Assembly: GCF_009914755.1 (NCBI RefSeq)
Contig: NC_060942.1
DNA: 64,000 nucleotides
DNA from: the human T2T-CHM13v2.0 reference genome, Homo sapiens
Reading direction: 5' to 3' (one strand)
Shown here: piece by piece, positions 46,716-62,156 of the stretch
Layout of the letters: the number at the start of each line of letters is the position of its first letter
Numbering within the stretch: position 1 is the stretch's first letter
Made by a program: the position numbers and the translations under genes
The notes under the pieces: model-generated
Database searches by the model: none
Seen by the model: only the letters and a program-made list of their open reading frames with translations
Told to the model about the DNA's origin: nothing

Positions 46716-49700
46716 CTAGAAATATGCTTGTTGTAAAACATATACCTAAAATATATGGAAATATATGACTGAAAAGGTATGAAAATAGATAAATAGGAAT
46801 AGAAAGTTTGTATACTTATATAAATACCATCCAAAATAGTCTTTAATGTCTTTTTCCTTAAAACAAAGTTATTGACTATAAAAAGGGTCATAGCACAGCT
46901 GAAATGATAGAATGTTCAGTTAAAACCAAGAATATTTTAAAATTTCTACTTATATGTGCATAATAACATAGTTTACAACTATATAAAGTAAAGATGACAA
47001 AGGAGAAATTCACAAACTTGATCTTCGAATGGAACATTTTAACAAATCTTTCTCAGTAATGGATCAAACAAACAAAACATAGATGAGTAAGAATATAACA
47101 AATCAAAGAAAAGCAATTTCCAAATCTAATTGTAATAAACACGCATAAGTGCTACATCCAACTAATAGAAAATACAACAAAGCACATGTAGAACAATAAT
47201 AAAAATTGATGACATACTGGGCTATAGAGCATGCCTAACAAATTTCAAAGAGTCAATGTCATAGAGATTGTATTCTCTAACAAAAGACAATTAGATTAAA
47301 CCCGGTAATCAAAAGATAACATTAAAAGCCCCAAATCATTGGAAGTTAGAAAACACTTATATTTAATTCATGGGTCAAAAAATTTAGAACTGAATAATAG
47401 TGAAAACACAACATGTCAAAACATGCAGGCTGCAGCTAGGTTGATTCTTGGAGAGAAATTTAGAAGTTTAAAGATTTACATTAGGAAATAAGAAAGGCTA
47501 AAACAAGAAAGGCTTACCATATGACTTAAGAAATTGGAAATTGTTTATTAAATGAATATACTCAAAAAAAGTAGAAGAAAGGAATGTATAAAGATAAAAA
47601 CAAATCAGTAAAATGCAAAACAGGTGCTGTAGAGAGGATCAATAAAGCCGACATTTTTTTTAAAGACTGATTGATTTTTAAAAAATTGCTTCTCAGCCTT
47701 TTGGCTAAGATCAAGTGATAAAAAATTATGATCAAGATTAAAATTATGATTAAGATCAAGACTGATAAAATTATGGCAATAATAGTTGAGGAGCAAGGGG
47801 AAGGATAGAATGCAAAGAAAAATATTAGGGAGAGAAGTAAAAAGAAAAAGTATTATGGAAAGTATGTAATTGCAAATGCAATTGAGATGAAAAGACTAAT
47901 GTATTAGGAACAACTGTATGTCAACATATTTGAACACTTACATGGCACAGACATAGCTTGGGAAAAGAATATAACTTAAAAATATCAATTCAAGGAGAAA
48001 TAGAAAACCCACATTTCCCTTTAATCATTAAATAAATAGAATCAATAGCTTAAAAATCGTTTAAATAAAAATGGTCCAAACGTTTTACAGTTAGTTCTGC
48101 CAAGAATTCCATTATTACACAAACTTGCTTAGATTATAGAAGAAAGAACTTTCTCAGGATGGAACATTGATCACTCTCAAACACAGAATGAGAAAAAAGA
48201 AATAATAGTGGGCCAAGTGTACCTATAAAGATAGATATAAAAATTCCAGACAAAATAAAAACAAACGTAATCTAGAAATATATTTTAAAGATGATACATT
48301 TCAACTATGATTTACCTCAGGAATGCAATTTTGATCTAACATTAGAAAATAGATAAATACAATTCCCCATATTAACAGAACAAAGGAAAAAAAGACAAAT
48401 GATTATGTCAATTGATGCAGAAGTCATTCACTAACAGCCAACGTTCATTTATGACAAAGGTTCTCAGCAAACGAAGAATAAAAATAAACTTCTTTATCCT
48501 AATAAGAGATATCAAGAAAAAACCCTGCAGTAGGCACCAAACCTAACAATGAGACATTAAAAGCCTTCTCTTTACTATCAGAAACAAGGCAAAGAGGCCC
48601 AATGTTCTCACATCTATTCAAAGTTACATTACAGGTCTCAGCCAGTAAGCTAAGGAAAGTAAAACAAATTAAAAATAAAAGGTTTGGAAAAGTAAAAATA
48701 AAACTCTGATTATTTTCTTATGATATGACTACAATGACATCCAGAAATAATATATAAACAAGTTATCAAAATTAATAAAAGTATAAGACTAAAAGTGATT
48801 AAATACAGAAAATCCTTTTGATATATTTTTCTACTTATTGCTGATGTATAGAAATGAATACTTGAAAGAACAAAAAGTAATACGATACCTAGAAATACAT
48901 CTAACAAAATACATATAGGATTTCATTTTTAAAAATGAGTCTTATTGAAGTTTATTAAAAAATACAATTGAGAAAAATATGTTGATGAATAGAAAGATGC
49001 ATTATGAAAGTATCAATTTTCCTCAAATTTATCTATAGATTTTAATGAAATTCCAGTCAAAATTTCAACAAGCAGATTTGGAACATTGTAAGATAATTCT
49101 ATACTCAATATAAAAAGCCTACATGAAAGTTATAGGAATAACTAAGATCTCTTAAAGAAGAAGAAAAGGCGGAGGACTTACCCTACCACATATTAAAATA
49201 TACAAAACCCACTTTTAGATGGATTACATTATTAACTGTGATAGTTGAAACTTTGTCCTTTTAGAAAATATAGAGCAACACTTTATGGCCCCAGAATAGG
49301 AAAGTATTCTTAAGACAAAAAGGCAAATCACACAAATTAATAAATCTGACTATCTTAATGAAACTCGTTTATCAAAAGACATAAAAAAGATAATGATAGC
49401 CTATCAACTGTGAAAATATTTGCATTTTATATTACCAAAAAAGGAGAATTTGGAATATTTAAAGAACTGCTAGAGTTTAATAAAGAAAAGACTTTCAACC
49501 TTACTTTTTTACATAAAAAACCTGGGTAAAAAAAATGAAAAGGTATTTTAGATGAGAGAACACACACAAAAAAAAGTTCAGTAATTTTCCTGATTATATT
49601 CCAGGAAAATTATAATCAGATTATAGGATTACTCATGTAATCCAGGAAAATTACAATCAGGAAAATCCAAATTAAAGCCACAATCACCCACACTGGCAAA

Positions 49701-50055
49701 AATGGAAATCTGTGAATACTAAGGATTAAAGAATTATGGGATTAATGATAATTCCTTTTTATTCTGCTAGGAGGAATACCAGTTGACACAAAAATTTTGA
49801 AAAACAATTTGGCATTATATAGTAAAATTAAAGATACACATTTCCCACATCTTACCCAACAGTTTCATTCCTCCATGTCTGTTCTCACAAAACTCTTGCC
49901 CACATGTGTAGAAGATAAATACCAATGTGCTCATAGGGAAAATTTTTTTTGTGATAGCTGAACACTGGACACAACTTGGTTGCCCATTGACAATAATGTA
50001 GATATGTACATGGTGGAATATCCATACAAAAGAAGATTGTTATCCAAGAAAATGA

Positions 50056-50777
<722 letters not shown>

Positions 50778-50862
50778 ATTATTTACATTTTTAATGTACA
50801 TTTTAAATGTGAATATGCAGACTTAATATGAAGACCACATTTTTAAAATGTACATGTCCAGG

Positions 50863-50866
<4 letters not shown>

Positions 50867-50905
<39 letters not shown>
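50867..50905. repeat. (TG)n microsatellite
   Basis: About 19 TG units. Confidence 0.97.
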
Positions 50906-50908
<3 letters not shown>

Positions 50909-50935
50909 AAATGTACATAGATAATTTAACATTTC

Positions 50936-51295
50936 TGTATTCATCCATTTATGCTGCTAGTAATTCGTAAAGAACAGAAATTTATTTATCATGGTTCTGG
51001 AGGCTGGGAAGTCCAAAATCAAGATGCTGGGATCAGTGTCTGCCAAGGACCTTCTTGGTGCATCCTCACATGGTGGAAGGTAAAAAACAAAGATGAACAC
51101 TGTCTCCTCACAGGACAGAATAGCAGAAGAAAGCAAACCAACTCCCAAGAGCGCTTGTTGTATTATATAGCAGCATTAATCCATTCATGAGGGCAGGGCC
51201 CTAAACACTTCCCATTAGGCCCCATCTCCCAACACCGTTACAATGGGGCTTGTTTCCAACATCTGAATTTTATGGTCCACATATAGGCCATAACA
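50936..51295 (-). mobile_element. MaLR solo LTR (MST family)
   Basis: tgtatt...ttctggaggctgggaagtccaa...cctcacatggtggaagg...attaatccattcatgagggc...ataaca. Confidence 0.8.
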
Positions 51296-54200
51296 CTTAC
51301 CAAATGATTTGAACTGATATTTTTTAGGAAAATGTTTTTACCAACTTTGAGAAATCAAATTTCAACAGGTCCACAGTGAAATTCAAATGAAGCTACCCCA
51401 AAAACCCAATACAGGGTTTATGTCTATTGAACATCAAGTAGCTACTGTTCTTGTTTCTTCCTCTCTCCCTCCCTCTTTTCTCTTCTTCTCTCTCAAAAAG
51501 TATAAAATACTTATGAGGCTGCAGAGAATACATGTTTCAATGAAGTCTGATAGCCAGGAGCAATATTTGCTGGGCACATGAAAAGTCTTCTCCAAAGAAT
51601 GTCTCAGAGAATTACAGAGACTAGAGCCTGCTCACCCGGGGCCAGATTGTCAATACAGCAAGGCTCTCCATCTACAAGGTACTTAGGAGAAGAGGAACTT
51701 GTGGGGTGGAGTTCAGGCATCTGGGCAGAGCCAGCTTTCTCTCCTTGCCTCCATTCAGCTCTGTGGAGTCACCTCTAGGAGTGCTTCTCTGTCCACGTGT
51801 AGGCCTGACAGTGAAAGAGGAAGTATTTACAGACTGGATTTTAACTCTGTCAGGCACTGAAAAACTACCCATGAAGATGAAACTGCTAAACTGACTCTCA
51901 GAATCCTCCCCATTCATATCGAACTTTCTGATTTCCAAAGGGCTTTCCCATATGTTATCCCATTTGTGCTTCCACATACTCTGGGAGAAAGGGATAGAGC
52001 AGTAGGTACTAGCATTTCCATTTTACAAGATGGAGAACCTCAAGTCCTGAGAGGTGAAATGAGTCTTGTAACATCAAGTCAGGCAGATCTTTGGGCTGCT
52101 ACTCCTATACTCTTCTTTTCCAGCCCACAGAGCACTGGATTAAGGCAGAGGCAAGGGAGAAGACAAAGGGAAAGAAGGAAAAGATATGAGGCTAGTGGAA
52201 GAAAAAGGGTAGGAAAAAGGCAAAATAATGGACACTCCTGTGCAAAAAGCAGTGAGATGGGTACAGGCAGGTCTCAGCTGACGGGAGTATCCCAGAGTGT
52301 TTCCTTCAAGACTCTTTATTGACTAGGGAAGATCAGATGAGAAAGAGGGGAAACACTTGCCATAACACAGGTGGCGTAATCAGGGATGAGGAGAACATCT
52401 TGGGAGAGTTTTGGACTAAGAGAGTTGAAGTGTAGGTCTCCCAGTTCCAGGAGCATCTCTTTGTTCTTTGTGTCACTGCATCCCCCATCAGGCTGACAGC
52501 ATCTGCCCCTATGATACTAGCTGAGCCACCAGCCCTTCAAAATAGGCCTCCCTAGTCCTCTGTAGATATCACTCATAGGGACCATGATGTCAGGATGGCC
52601 TTAGGCCTTCCCAGAAACCTGCCATCTCGGGACTGCACTCTCCAGCAAGCACACACACCTTCCAGCATTGGAAGAAACCCAGGCCTTATGCTTGGCCTAT
52701 TTGCCAGGTGGCTCCCAGCTCTAATCCTTAAATACTGCAGCCCATTGCCAGTGTTATGCTGAGTATTCCTGTGTAACTTTTCTGCAAAGTTCTAGCCAAG
52801 CCCTGGCAAGATGCAACTGAAGACAAAACAGTTTCCCCTTAGGTAGAGGTCACTATACAATGGAGCAATTCTTGAGATCTAAAGATCGAGGTTTTTAGAC
52901 TAATGATTTGATCTCCATTGCATTAGTGTAAATTGGAAATGGATACCATATCTTTAATGCTAATTAGGCATTGCATTACTTAGTCTTCCAGGCCTCATGT
53001 AAATAACAATTAGCAATAATTTAGCAGTTGTACATGCTGGCATCTTCTAAGCCATACCATTGTATACCATTCCAAATTCCTTTGCATTAATTAGGATCAT
53101 AAGCCAATCAGCACTAATTAGGAAGAAAATAAGTATAATAATAAATGAAACAAAATTAGTGATTTGTATCTGGTCGGTAGTTCCTTCCCTTTGCAGTTCA
53201 TCAAATAGTCTTAATGCGTAGGAACTTCTTGTAATTGAAACTAATTATGAGGTTTCCCCTGCTACTTTGAGCCTCATGTTCAAATCCCACGAAGCTCATT
53301 AAATAAGTAACAAAACTGGAATCTTTAGCACGTATTGTAACTTGGATCATGTTAATTAGCACCACACGCAAAAGGCAGTGAGAGGCCGTTTAGCAGCCCC
53401 TGTTCTAGTTAAAGAGAAGGGAGATTGGGACCGTTACAGTTCTTTTGGACTTTTAATAAGCCAGGCCAGTAGTGGGTGGGTACTGTGGTGAGAAAGTTCT
53501 TGTTATAATACAATGATGGTTCGGGGCAGAGAGGACAACATGGAATCCAGGGCCAAGCTAACCCTTGACAGGAGCATTTCTAGCTGTCACAGTTGTGTAT
53601 GGAAAACACCTGAGTGGGGTGGTAGCCCCGTTTCCGGGGTATCTCTCCTCACACCAGGCACTTGCCCCATACTTGACTCTGTGGCGACCTCTGCCCAACC
53701 TTGGGCCAGTTACAGAGCTTTTCTCTTCAAGGTTGAGTGGTGAGCATTAAAGACCCCGGAGATTTCACTTGCCCTGCACAGAATAAAATTGTATACACAT
53801 AAACCCATGTGTCTGTTTCTAGTCAAACATATGTACCGTTCAGTAGACATATTGGCTGTATTCACAGCTTCCAGCGCTGATCTCAACGACTGCCGTTCCT
53901 TTTTCATATACAGCTAGATCTGTAGATAGCGCTCTAGGCCGCAATTGGAAGATGCAGTAGAAATATGCTCACCCACCAATGTGTCTTCTGCCCTCCTGTC
54001 TGTGCTGTGGAGCAGTCTGAAGTTAAGCACTCAGGATGATGTTGGGGAAGGTTGGATACGGGGAAGTAAATCCACAGGGATGTTGGTTTATGGTGTACCC
54101 ACCTACAGTACTAGAACTCCATAAACAATATTATTCACTGCTGTTTTATGAGAAACAGTTCTAAAATAGCCCTAACAGAAAACACTTGTTACTCTACCAT

Positions 54201-56117
54201 TTTGACATGTCAGGTTTGATGGCTTGATGAGCAAAAAGACATGGACAGAGCTTTCTAGACACCCAGTGGAATCAGAGCTACTGATGTCTTAAGCTACTAA
54301 TGTTAACTTTATTTATTTGGATGTAGAACCGTCTGGTTCTTATGTAACAACAGAAAACAATCCTGATCATCCTTCTGGCCTCAACTAATGCCTCATTCTT
54401 CTGTAAAGCAGGTCCTACTGTCTGAGCTCACAGAATTTTTTTTTTCTTTTACTCCTGGTGCTCTGGTTACCACTATGAGACTCACGTATGTGTGATTCCA
54501 AGTTATCGGATGATAACCTTAGGGGTAATAGTCTGGTCTCCCTAGTCAGGTTATTAGTTATTTAGAATCTGAAGTCCTCATGTGTCACATTCCTTTTCAG
54601 CCCTATAGTGGCTGACCCAGGATGCGAAAAAAAAGTTTCCAGGAAGTTATGATTTTTTGACAGTTAAGCATTGAAGAGCCTCCAGAACCCAGCATAAGAA
54701 TGACCCTTTGAAAGTAGAAAAATCTCATTTTAATCACTCCTGTTTTGTTCTTAACATTTTATATATTATGCAGTGTGCGTGATGGGAAGGTGAAAAGTCT
54801 GTGGTCTTAACCTTGTCTACTGAGTGATACCTGAAGAAAAAACTCTGGGATATGTTCAGAGTACATCCATGTCACTGGCATAGATCATGAAGTTGGTGCT
54901 TTGTCCACATAGGCACAATAAGATACAAAGTCAGAACCACCTCAGAGATAACTCGCAACGACCCTTCTTACTAATGCTCATAGCAAAACAGGAAAGTAAT
55001 AGATATCATGTTGTCTGCATTGCTAAAGTCAGCTAAACCTGGTGAATCCATTTCATACCAGTTGATTCAATTTTTCTGTGTATGTACAGCCCCCAACAGC
55101 ACACGTAATTATTTTTAAGGATGTAATTCTGAATCATGTAATGCTGGATAATTGACAATGAAACTAATAAGATAATAGTTATGCCCTGCCACCAGTAGTT
55201 TACAGTCTAAGAGAGCTCGTGACTGATCATAGTGAAATTAAATACAGCCGAATTAAGATGTTTAATCAAAAGAAAGAGAATAAGCAAAACACAAAAATCA
55301 TGTGTCTTTCTTGTTTTAACCACAGATTATTCTTTCCAAAATTTTCTCATCTGTAGTCCAATGTTACGTTATATGACAGTGAACTGTTGGCACACCAGCC
55401 TGTCCTAGTAGCAGTGCACTCTAACCTCCTCATTGGCATGAATGCCAACAAAGGAAATCAGGTGATGTTTAAGAGGGATATGATTTGGCATAAAGTTGTC
55501 TAGACTGGGCTTTTGAGCCAAGACACCTATCCTTAGTAGAGGGTGAAAGAGGAGGCTGGTCTTGGTTATTAGGCACTAAGACATTTGAACTTGGATAGAC
55601 AAAAACACACTGATGTTAGTAGAATCAAGTCATTAGGCAGAGGTAGGGTCACAAGGAAAAAGCAAGAGCCCAGGTGTGAGAGCTAGGCCCAAGGACAGAA
55701 CAGGGGCTATAGTGAGCAGCCAGGATGTTGGGCAGCCCATGTATTGCCCTGAGGTCTTCTGAACATGTTCCTGCCTGGAAACAGGGCATGGTAAGTGTAG
55801 GGGGAGGTTGGAGACTGCAGTTAGAGGTCTGTGGATCATTGCAAAGCCCCACTCCTCCATCACCACCACCAAATCTGTTGAAAATGTGTCTGTCTAAATT
55901 GTGCTAAATATACTCTTAAAATAAAAAATATACATGTATATTTTAGGCTTGATAAGGAAGCCTCCCAAAATTCCATAGCTTTTCAGCTTATAATTTTTTC
56001 ATTGGAAAAAATGGAAGAGAAAGCAGAGAAGTTGTAAGGGAATATGATGAAAACCTTAAACAGTAAATAAGATGCTGCTAAAAATCTGTGTGACTAGAGC
56101 CATACATCAACGGGAAT

Positions 56118-56123
56118 GCACAC

Positions 56124-56162
<39 letters not shown>
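56118..56162. repeat. (CA)n microsatellite
   Basis: About 18 pure CA units. Confidence 0.95.
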
Positions 56163-56164
<2 letters not shown>

Positions 56165-56365
56165 CTAGGAAGCTCTGTACTAGACAGAGTGCATGCTTTA
56201 CATTTTTGTCGCCTTAAAAGCAGTACTGAGTTACGAAGACAGCCTAAGCAATAAAGATGAGGACAGGATGTATTGAAAGTGGGACCCCAACAAAATAGAG
56301 GTTGAAACAGCCCAGGTCCTGACTACTTTGCAAATAGAATGATTCCTTAGTATGTGTGATATGGT

Positions 56366-56414
56366 CATTCATTCATTCATCCATTTGCTCATTCATTCAT
56401 TCATTCATTCATTC
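56366..56414. repeat. (TTCA)n repeat, possibly an L2 tail relic
   Basis: tcattcattcatt arrays. Confidence 0.8.
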
Positions 56415-56469
56415 TCCATTTGCTGAATAACTCCTCCGAATCCAACACACTAAATGCTTGCCCTACCAA

Positions 56470-56725
56470 GGACAGCAGTGTAGTCTGGAATTGCAGCATG
56501 AATTGGGACTGACAGTGACTTGGGTTCAAGTCTCAGCTCTTCCACTTGTTGAGTAAGACATTTTTGGTAAGTCTTGTCACCACTCAAAGCCTGTTTCCCC
56601 ATCTGTAAAATGAGGGCAATATTAACTCCTACTTTATTGAGTATTGTAAGGATTAAATTCTATAATGCCTGAAAAGCTCTTAGGCCAGTATACAAAGTAA
56701 ATGCACAATAAATGTTAGTTGTTTG
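56470..56725 (+). mobile_element. MIR
   Basis: tgggttcaagtctcagctcttccactt...tttccccatctgtaaaatgaggg...gtaaggattaaa...aataaatgttag. Confidence 0.8.
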
Positions 56726-59239
56726 TGTTGTTGCAGTTAAATGACAGTATTCTATGTCAGTAGAAAATAGAGGAAAGCCAATACTGACTCCCAGTAAGAG
56801 CTTAACAACAAGTAGAGCTACCTATACAGAGTAGGCTGCCCGAAGAGGTGGGGAGCTGTTCATCTCTGCCTGTGTTCAGGCAGAACTTAAACTTCCAATA
56901 TTAGGGATACTGTAGAAAAGGCCCATCTTTGAGGAGGAGCAGCAGGAAGGACCCTACCATTTCTCTTGTACCATTTGTGCTGGGCCTGCTGCTCATTACT
57001 TTATAGATGTGTTCTAATTTGAGCCTTGCAAAACTCCTGCAATGAAGATATTACCCTTCTCCTTTTTGCTTTGCAGGGACAGGTAACATACCAAGATGCC
57101 ACAACCAGGAAGAGGTAGAAAAGACCTTAGACCCCTAAATCCATGCTTTTTCCACTGCACTACCTTCATGCTCGGTTAACTCATACTGAGACTAAAGGAT
57201 CCTCAGGAAACTTACTTAAGACAGAATAAAGTCAGGGTGGGATTTTATCCCACAGAGTGAGAGGGAGCTGTTCCTTTTTGAATCTCCAGATCTCATGCAT
57301 TATCCAAGGCTCCCCCACCAAAATAATAATCATAATAATAACCTGCCTGAAAATACCACAGATCCGAAAAGTCTGGAAAGCTCCTTCAGAAAAGCTTCGC
57401 TTCCGTACATTGATCTCTCTTTGAAAAAAACAAAGCCTTCTCCCCCACAGTTCAGTTCCCTGGCTCCCTGCCCTGCCACCCATCCCTCTCCACCTTCTAG
57501 CTATGCTGATGAAAACAGGCCAAAACAGAGCATTTCAAAAATTCACCCTAGAACCCCAGCTTTCAGATCTGCGATCTGAAAAGGGCAAAGAGTGGAAGAT
57601 GGTGGAGGGCAAGGGTTGAGAAGAACCATTTTTTTTTTTTTTTTTGTCAAGAGGAACAGATTCCATTCTTGAATCCTTTGCCATGTTATAAACAAGGCTG
57701 AGCACACAGCATTCCTCCTAAAGCACATGGTCCTGTTTTTACAACACAGGCCTGGTCCCTGCTGGAATTCAGTGTTTGCCTCAATACTGTTCGTCCTATT
57801 CATTTGGGATTTATTTTAATTTGGTGGTATTAATGGTGGCCAGGAATGGAACAGTTCTTTCATTCTTCTTCTGTTTTCCTTCTTATCTCCCTCCACACCC
57901 TCGATCTTTTATATTTATATTTTTAAGCATGTAAATGTTTCCAAGGGCAATGCCGAATTCTAAGCACTGCCTGTTATTGCCTTTGGTGGGTGCCTTCGCC
58001 CTCAAACCTGTAGCTTCCACTTTTGCTGGCATTTTGCAGTTCCTTCTCCAAGGTGCTCAAACTTCAGCAACTCTCTCATCTGAAGAGACATTATTGAGAT
58101 TGTTTTCTTTATATAGAAAGGTGTTCGTTTGTTTTACCCTTTCAGGCTAGTTTTAAGGGCTCAGTTGAAAATGTAATCTGAGAAGGGACAGTGTAGACTT
58201 GGCTAAAAATGGAAACAGTGGGTCTTCTTAACTACTCACCACCTCTTTGAGGATTGATAGTTAAGAACTTGGGTTGTTGGGGTGGAGGTGGGAGCTGAGC
58301 ACCTTGGTATATGTGAGAAACTAGTAATTAGATTGATCCATTTAAGAAATACACTGATATGTGCCAAACTCAACAAATAGGTCTTTTTCTCAAAAGGATA
58401 CATCACATTCCACAAAGCTGCCATCGCTCAAAATACTTTGGAATATTTCTGAAATTATCTCCAGAGATTTTGGTATATTTTCTTTTAAAATTATTCATCA
58501 GAGAAAACCCTCATCCTCTGAGAAAACAAAAATATGCAAACTTTCAAAAATCACTTGTGCACAATACTAGGGAATCTGTGTATTTTTTAGTTCCTCATCC
58601 ATGAGCATACAGGACCCTGGGCTTTATTGATTGGCTCACAATCTGGTTCTATTGGTTTCAAACTCCAAGTGACATTTAAACAATGGCAATATCGTTGCAA
58701 TAAGTAGTTTGCTTTTCATGATTACCCTCTTCCATTACAAGTAATGTATGTATGTGAGTTCAAGCCTACTGAGTGGGCCTTTGTCCTATTCAAGGAGCAT
58801 GATTAGACAGCAGTCTATGCCACCCAACACCATCATGAACCAGCTACATGGGCAATATTTACTCTAGGCATGGCCTCGAGGACAGGAGGCGCTTCCCACT
58901 GTAAACATGTGAACGAGCGAGTAGCCTGCCCATATCTCCATAGCCAAACCATCCTCATATGAGTCCAATAAAAGACTTCACTTCTCTTTCCACATTAGAT
59001 GCTGGAAGAATAGTAATGTCATGGGAAAAAAAAAAAAAAACAGCAGTAATCTGAAAGTCTTTTTTTCTTTTCCTAAATCTTCACAAGGTCTAGTTGCATA
59101 GGCACCCAAATGTCTGTTGACCTTCGTAATCTAAATGTGGTGACTCTCTTTTAAATTCCAGGAAGGGTGACATTTCTTATCACTGTGCTTTATGACTTAG
59201 GTGTGGGTAGTCCTTTCGTAAGATAGTATCCCACTACGC

Positions 59240-59462
59240 CAGTGATTCTTGCCTGGGTTTATTTAGCCCCCCACCAGGAGACTTTTGGCAATGTCTGGAG
59301 ATACATTTATTACAGCTAAGTGGGGGCTTCTGCTGGCATCTGGTGAGTAGAAGCCAGGGATGCTGCTGAATACCCTACAAGGCGTGGAACAGCCTTTACC
59401 CTACCCTGTAACAAGGAATTATCTCATCTAAATGTCAGGCGTGCTGAAGTGGAGAAATCCTG
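59240..59462. mobile_element. MER20 (hAT-Charlie)
   Basis: tttggcaatgtctggaga...ctggcatctggtgagtagaagccagggatgctgct...gagaaatcctg. Confidence 0.82.
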
Positions 59463-60941
59463 CACCAGAATAAATCTCACCTGATGAACACCAAGGTAGC
59501 ATATGGCATAGGTGTGAACATAGCCCCGGCAAAATATATGCACTTCTGCCTTCTTTGAGCATGACTTAGTATGGGGACCAATTATTGTGGTTTTCTTCCA
59601 TTCATGCCATAAAAACGGAATACTCCAGGTAGATGTTGTCCTTGGCATCCCAAATTCATCTTTTTTACACCGATGGTTGGCGTGATGATTGGCCTCATTG
59701 TACCTTGGGTGTGATGCATCCTTTCACATGCACTGTGTAGAAGAAACAGCATCTCTACTGTCCAAGTTTATGTAAACTTCACTTTCTATTGTGTAACCAG
59801 CTGCCTGTTACAGAATCAAAGAATATCAGAGTAGAAGAGTCTCTTCTGTTTATCTTACCTGTGAGGAAACAAGAATTATAAGAATGTGGGTAACTCTTCA
59901 GGTAAATGAAAAAGAAACAGGGTTAGGACCAGGTGTCCTGAGATCTAACCTGGTGCCCACCTGACAGCCTTTCCACCACTCCTCCATCTTTTAGGCAGAG
60001 AGTGTGGCAGCCCCAGGCCCAGTGTTTCTGGCTCATAACATATCTATTTACAGGCCTAGGCAGTGAATCACAGGCTTCACTCATGGGTGAGAGCTTATTT
60101 CCCTCGGCTGCTGGACCATGCAGAGTCTCTGAACGGCAAAGCTCAATCCCTGACATTTCTGCCAAGATTAGAGAATGGTTTGCTTTCTTCACTTCACTCC
60201 CAATGTCATTTTTTAAAACATCATTAATTGACATTGGGAGTGATCCTGATAAGCTTCTCCATCATCATGGTCAGGGAACATACCAGAAATATAGCTGGTG
60301 TGGGACAAAGGAATTTCATGGGATGTGATTGTTATTTTAAAAGTAAATAGTAGAAGAAGCCAAGTGATCTGCAGAGTCCTATAAGGGCTTTGGCGCAGCA
60401 TCTCAGTGAAGGAATGAAACTAATATTATGACAAGAGAGATGCCAACCATCATCACTACACAAGAAAAATAATATATAGGAAGAAAATACAACCTCATGT
60501 ACTACATAGTCACATTGTGTTCCCTGGGCATTTACTAAAACAAGAGTCTTGATGGTTAACCCTTAAAAGTCTCCCAAATTAAGGTGCTTTTCAAACCATT
60601 CTTAGACTCACCACAAGGTAAGTGAAAGGAGATACAGTCATCATTTTTCTGGTGGGAAAACTGAACAGAAGACTATTCAGCCCACCAGCCAGAAGGTGGG
60701 TTTGGTGTAGGATGATGCCTGTAATAGGGTCATAAGACCATGGGGTCAACAGATTCTTAAAATTGGGAAAGAATTTCTAAGTGCATCCAGAAGGTATACA
60801 CTGGATAAAAGAGGAGTTGTGAAATATGACTCAGGGAAAGAGCTGCAGACTCTGTAACAGTGTTCAGAGGGAACAGAATGCAAAACCACCTGCAGATTCA
60901 CCAAATCGGGCAATAAGCCTTCAAAGGTACTCCAGGCCTGA

Positions 60942-61588
<647 letters not shown>

Positions 61589-61709
61589 AAAAATCTTTCT
61601 CAACCAGCGTATTTCCCCCATTTACTCAGCACCCCTACTTCATATATGTCTGTTCCTACTAGCTTGTTCTTTAATTGTTCCTTGTAGGTTCGTTCAGAGT
61701 CTTTGCAAC

Positions 61710-62156
61710 TGTATCAGTTTGAGATGTAGTAACCAAGTTCCACAAGCTGGGGGCTTAAATAACTGAAATGTATTGTCTCACAGTTCTGGAGGCTGGAAGT
61801 CCAAGATCAAAGTGTCTGCAGAATTGGTTCCTTTTTAGGACATTGAGAGAGGCTGTTCCATGCTTCTCTCCTTGCATTTGGTGGTTTGCTGGCAACCTCT
61901 GGCATTCTTTGGCTTATGTATGCATCGCCCCTAACTCTGCCTTCATTTCTTATGGCATTCGCCCTGTGTACAGGCCTGTGTCAAAATTTTCTCTTCTTAT
62001 AAGAACAACAGTCATATCAGATTAGGGCCCACCCTAAAGACCTCATTTTACTTTGATTACTCTATAAAGACTTTCTCCACATAAGGTCACTTTCCGAGGT
62101 AATAGGGGTTAAAAGACCATACATCTTTTTAGGGGGACACAATTCAACCCACAATA
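61710..62156 (-). mobile_element. MLT1C-like MaLR solo LTR
   Basis: ggcttaaataac...tctcacagttctggaggctggaagtccaagatcaa...ttagggcccaccct...ggggacacaattcaaccc. Confidence 0.85.
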
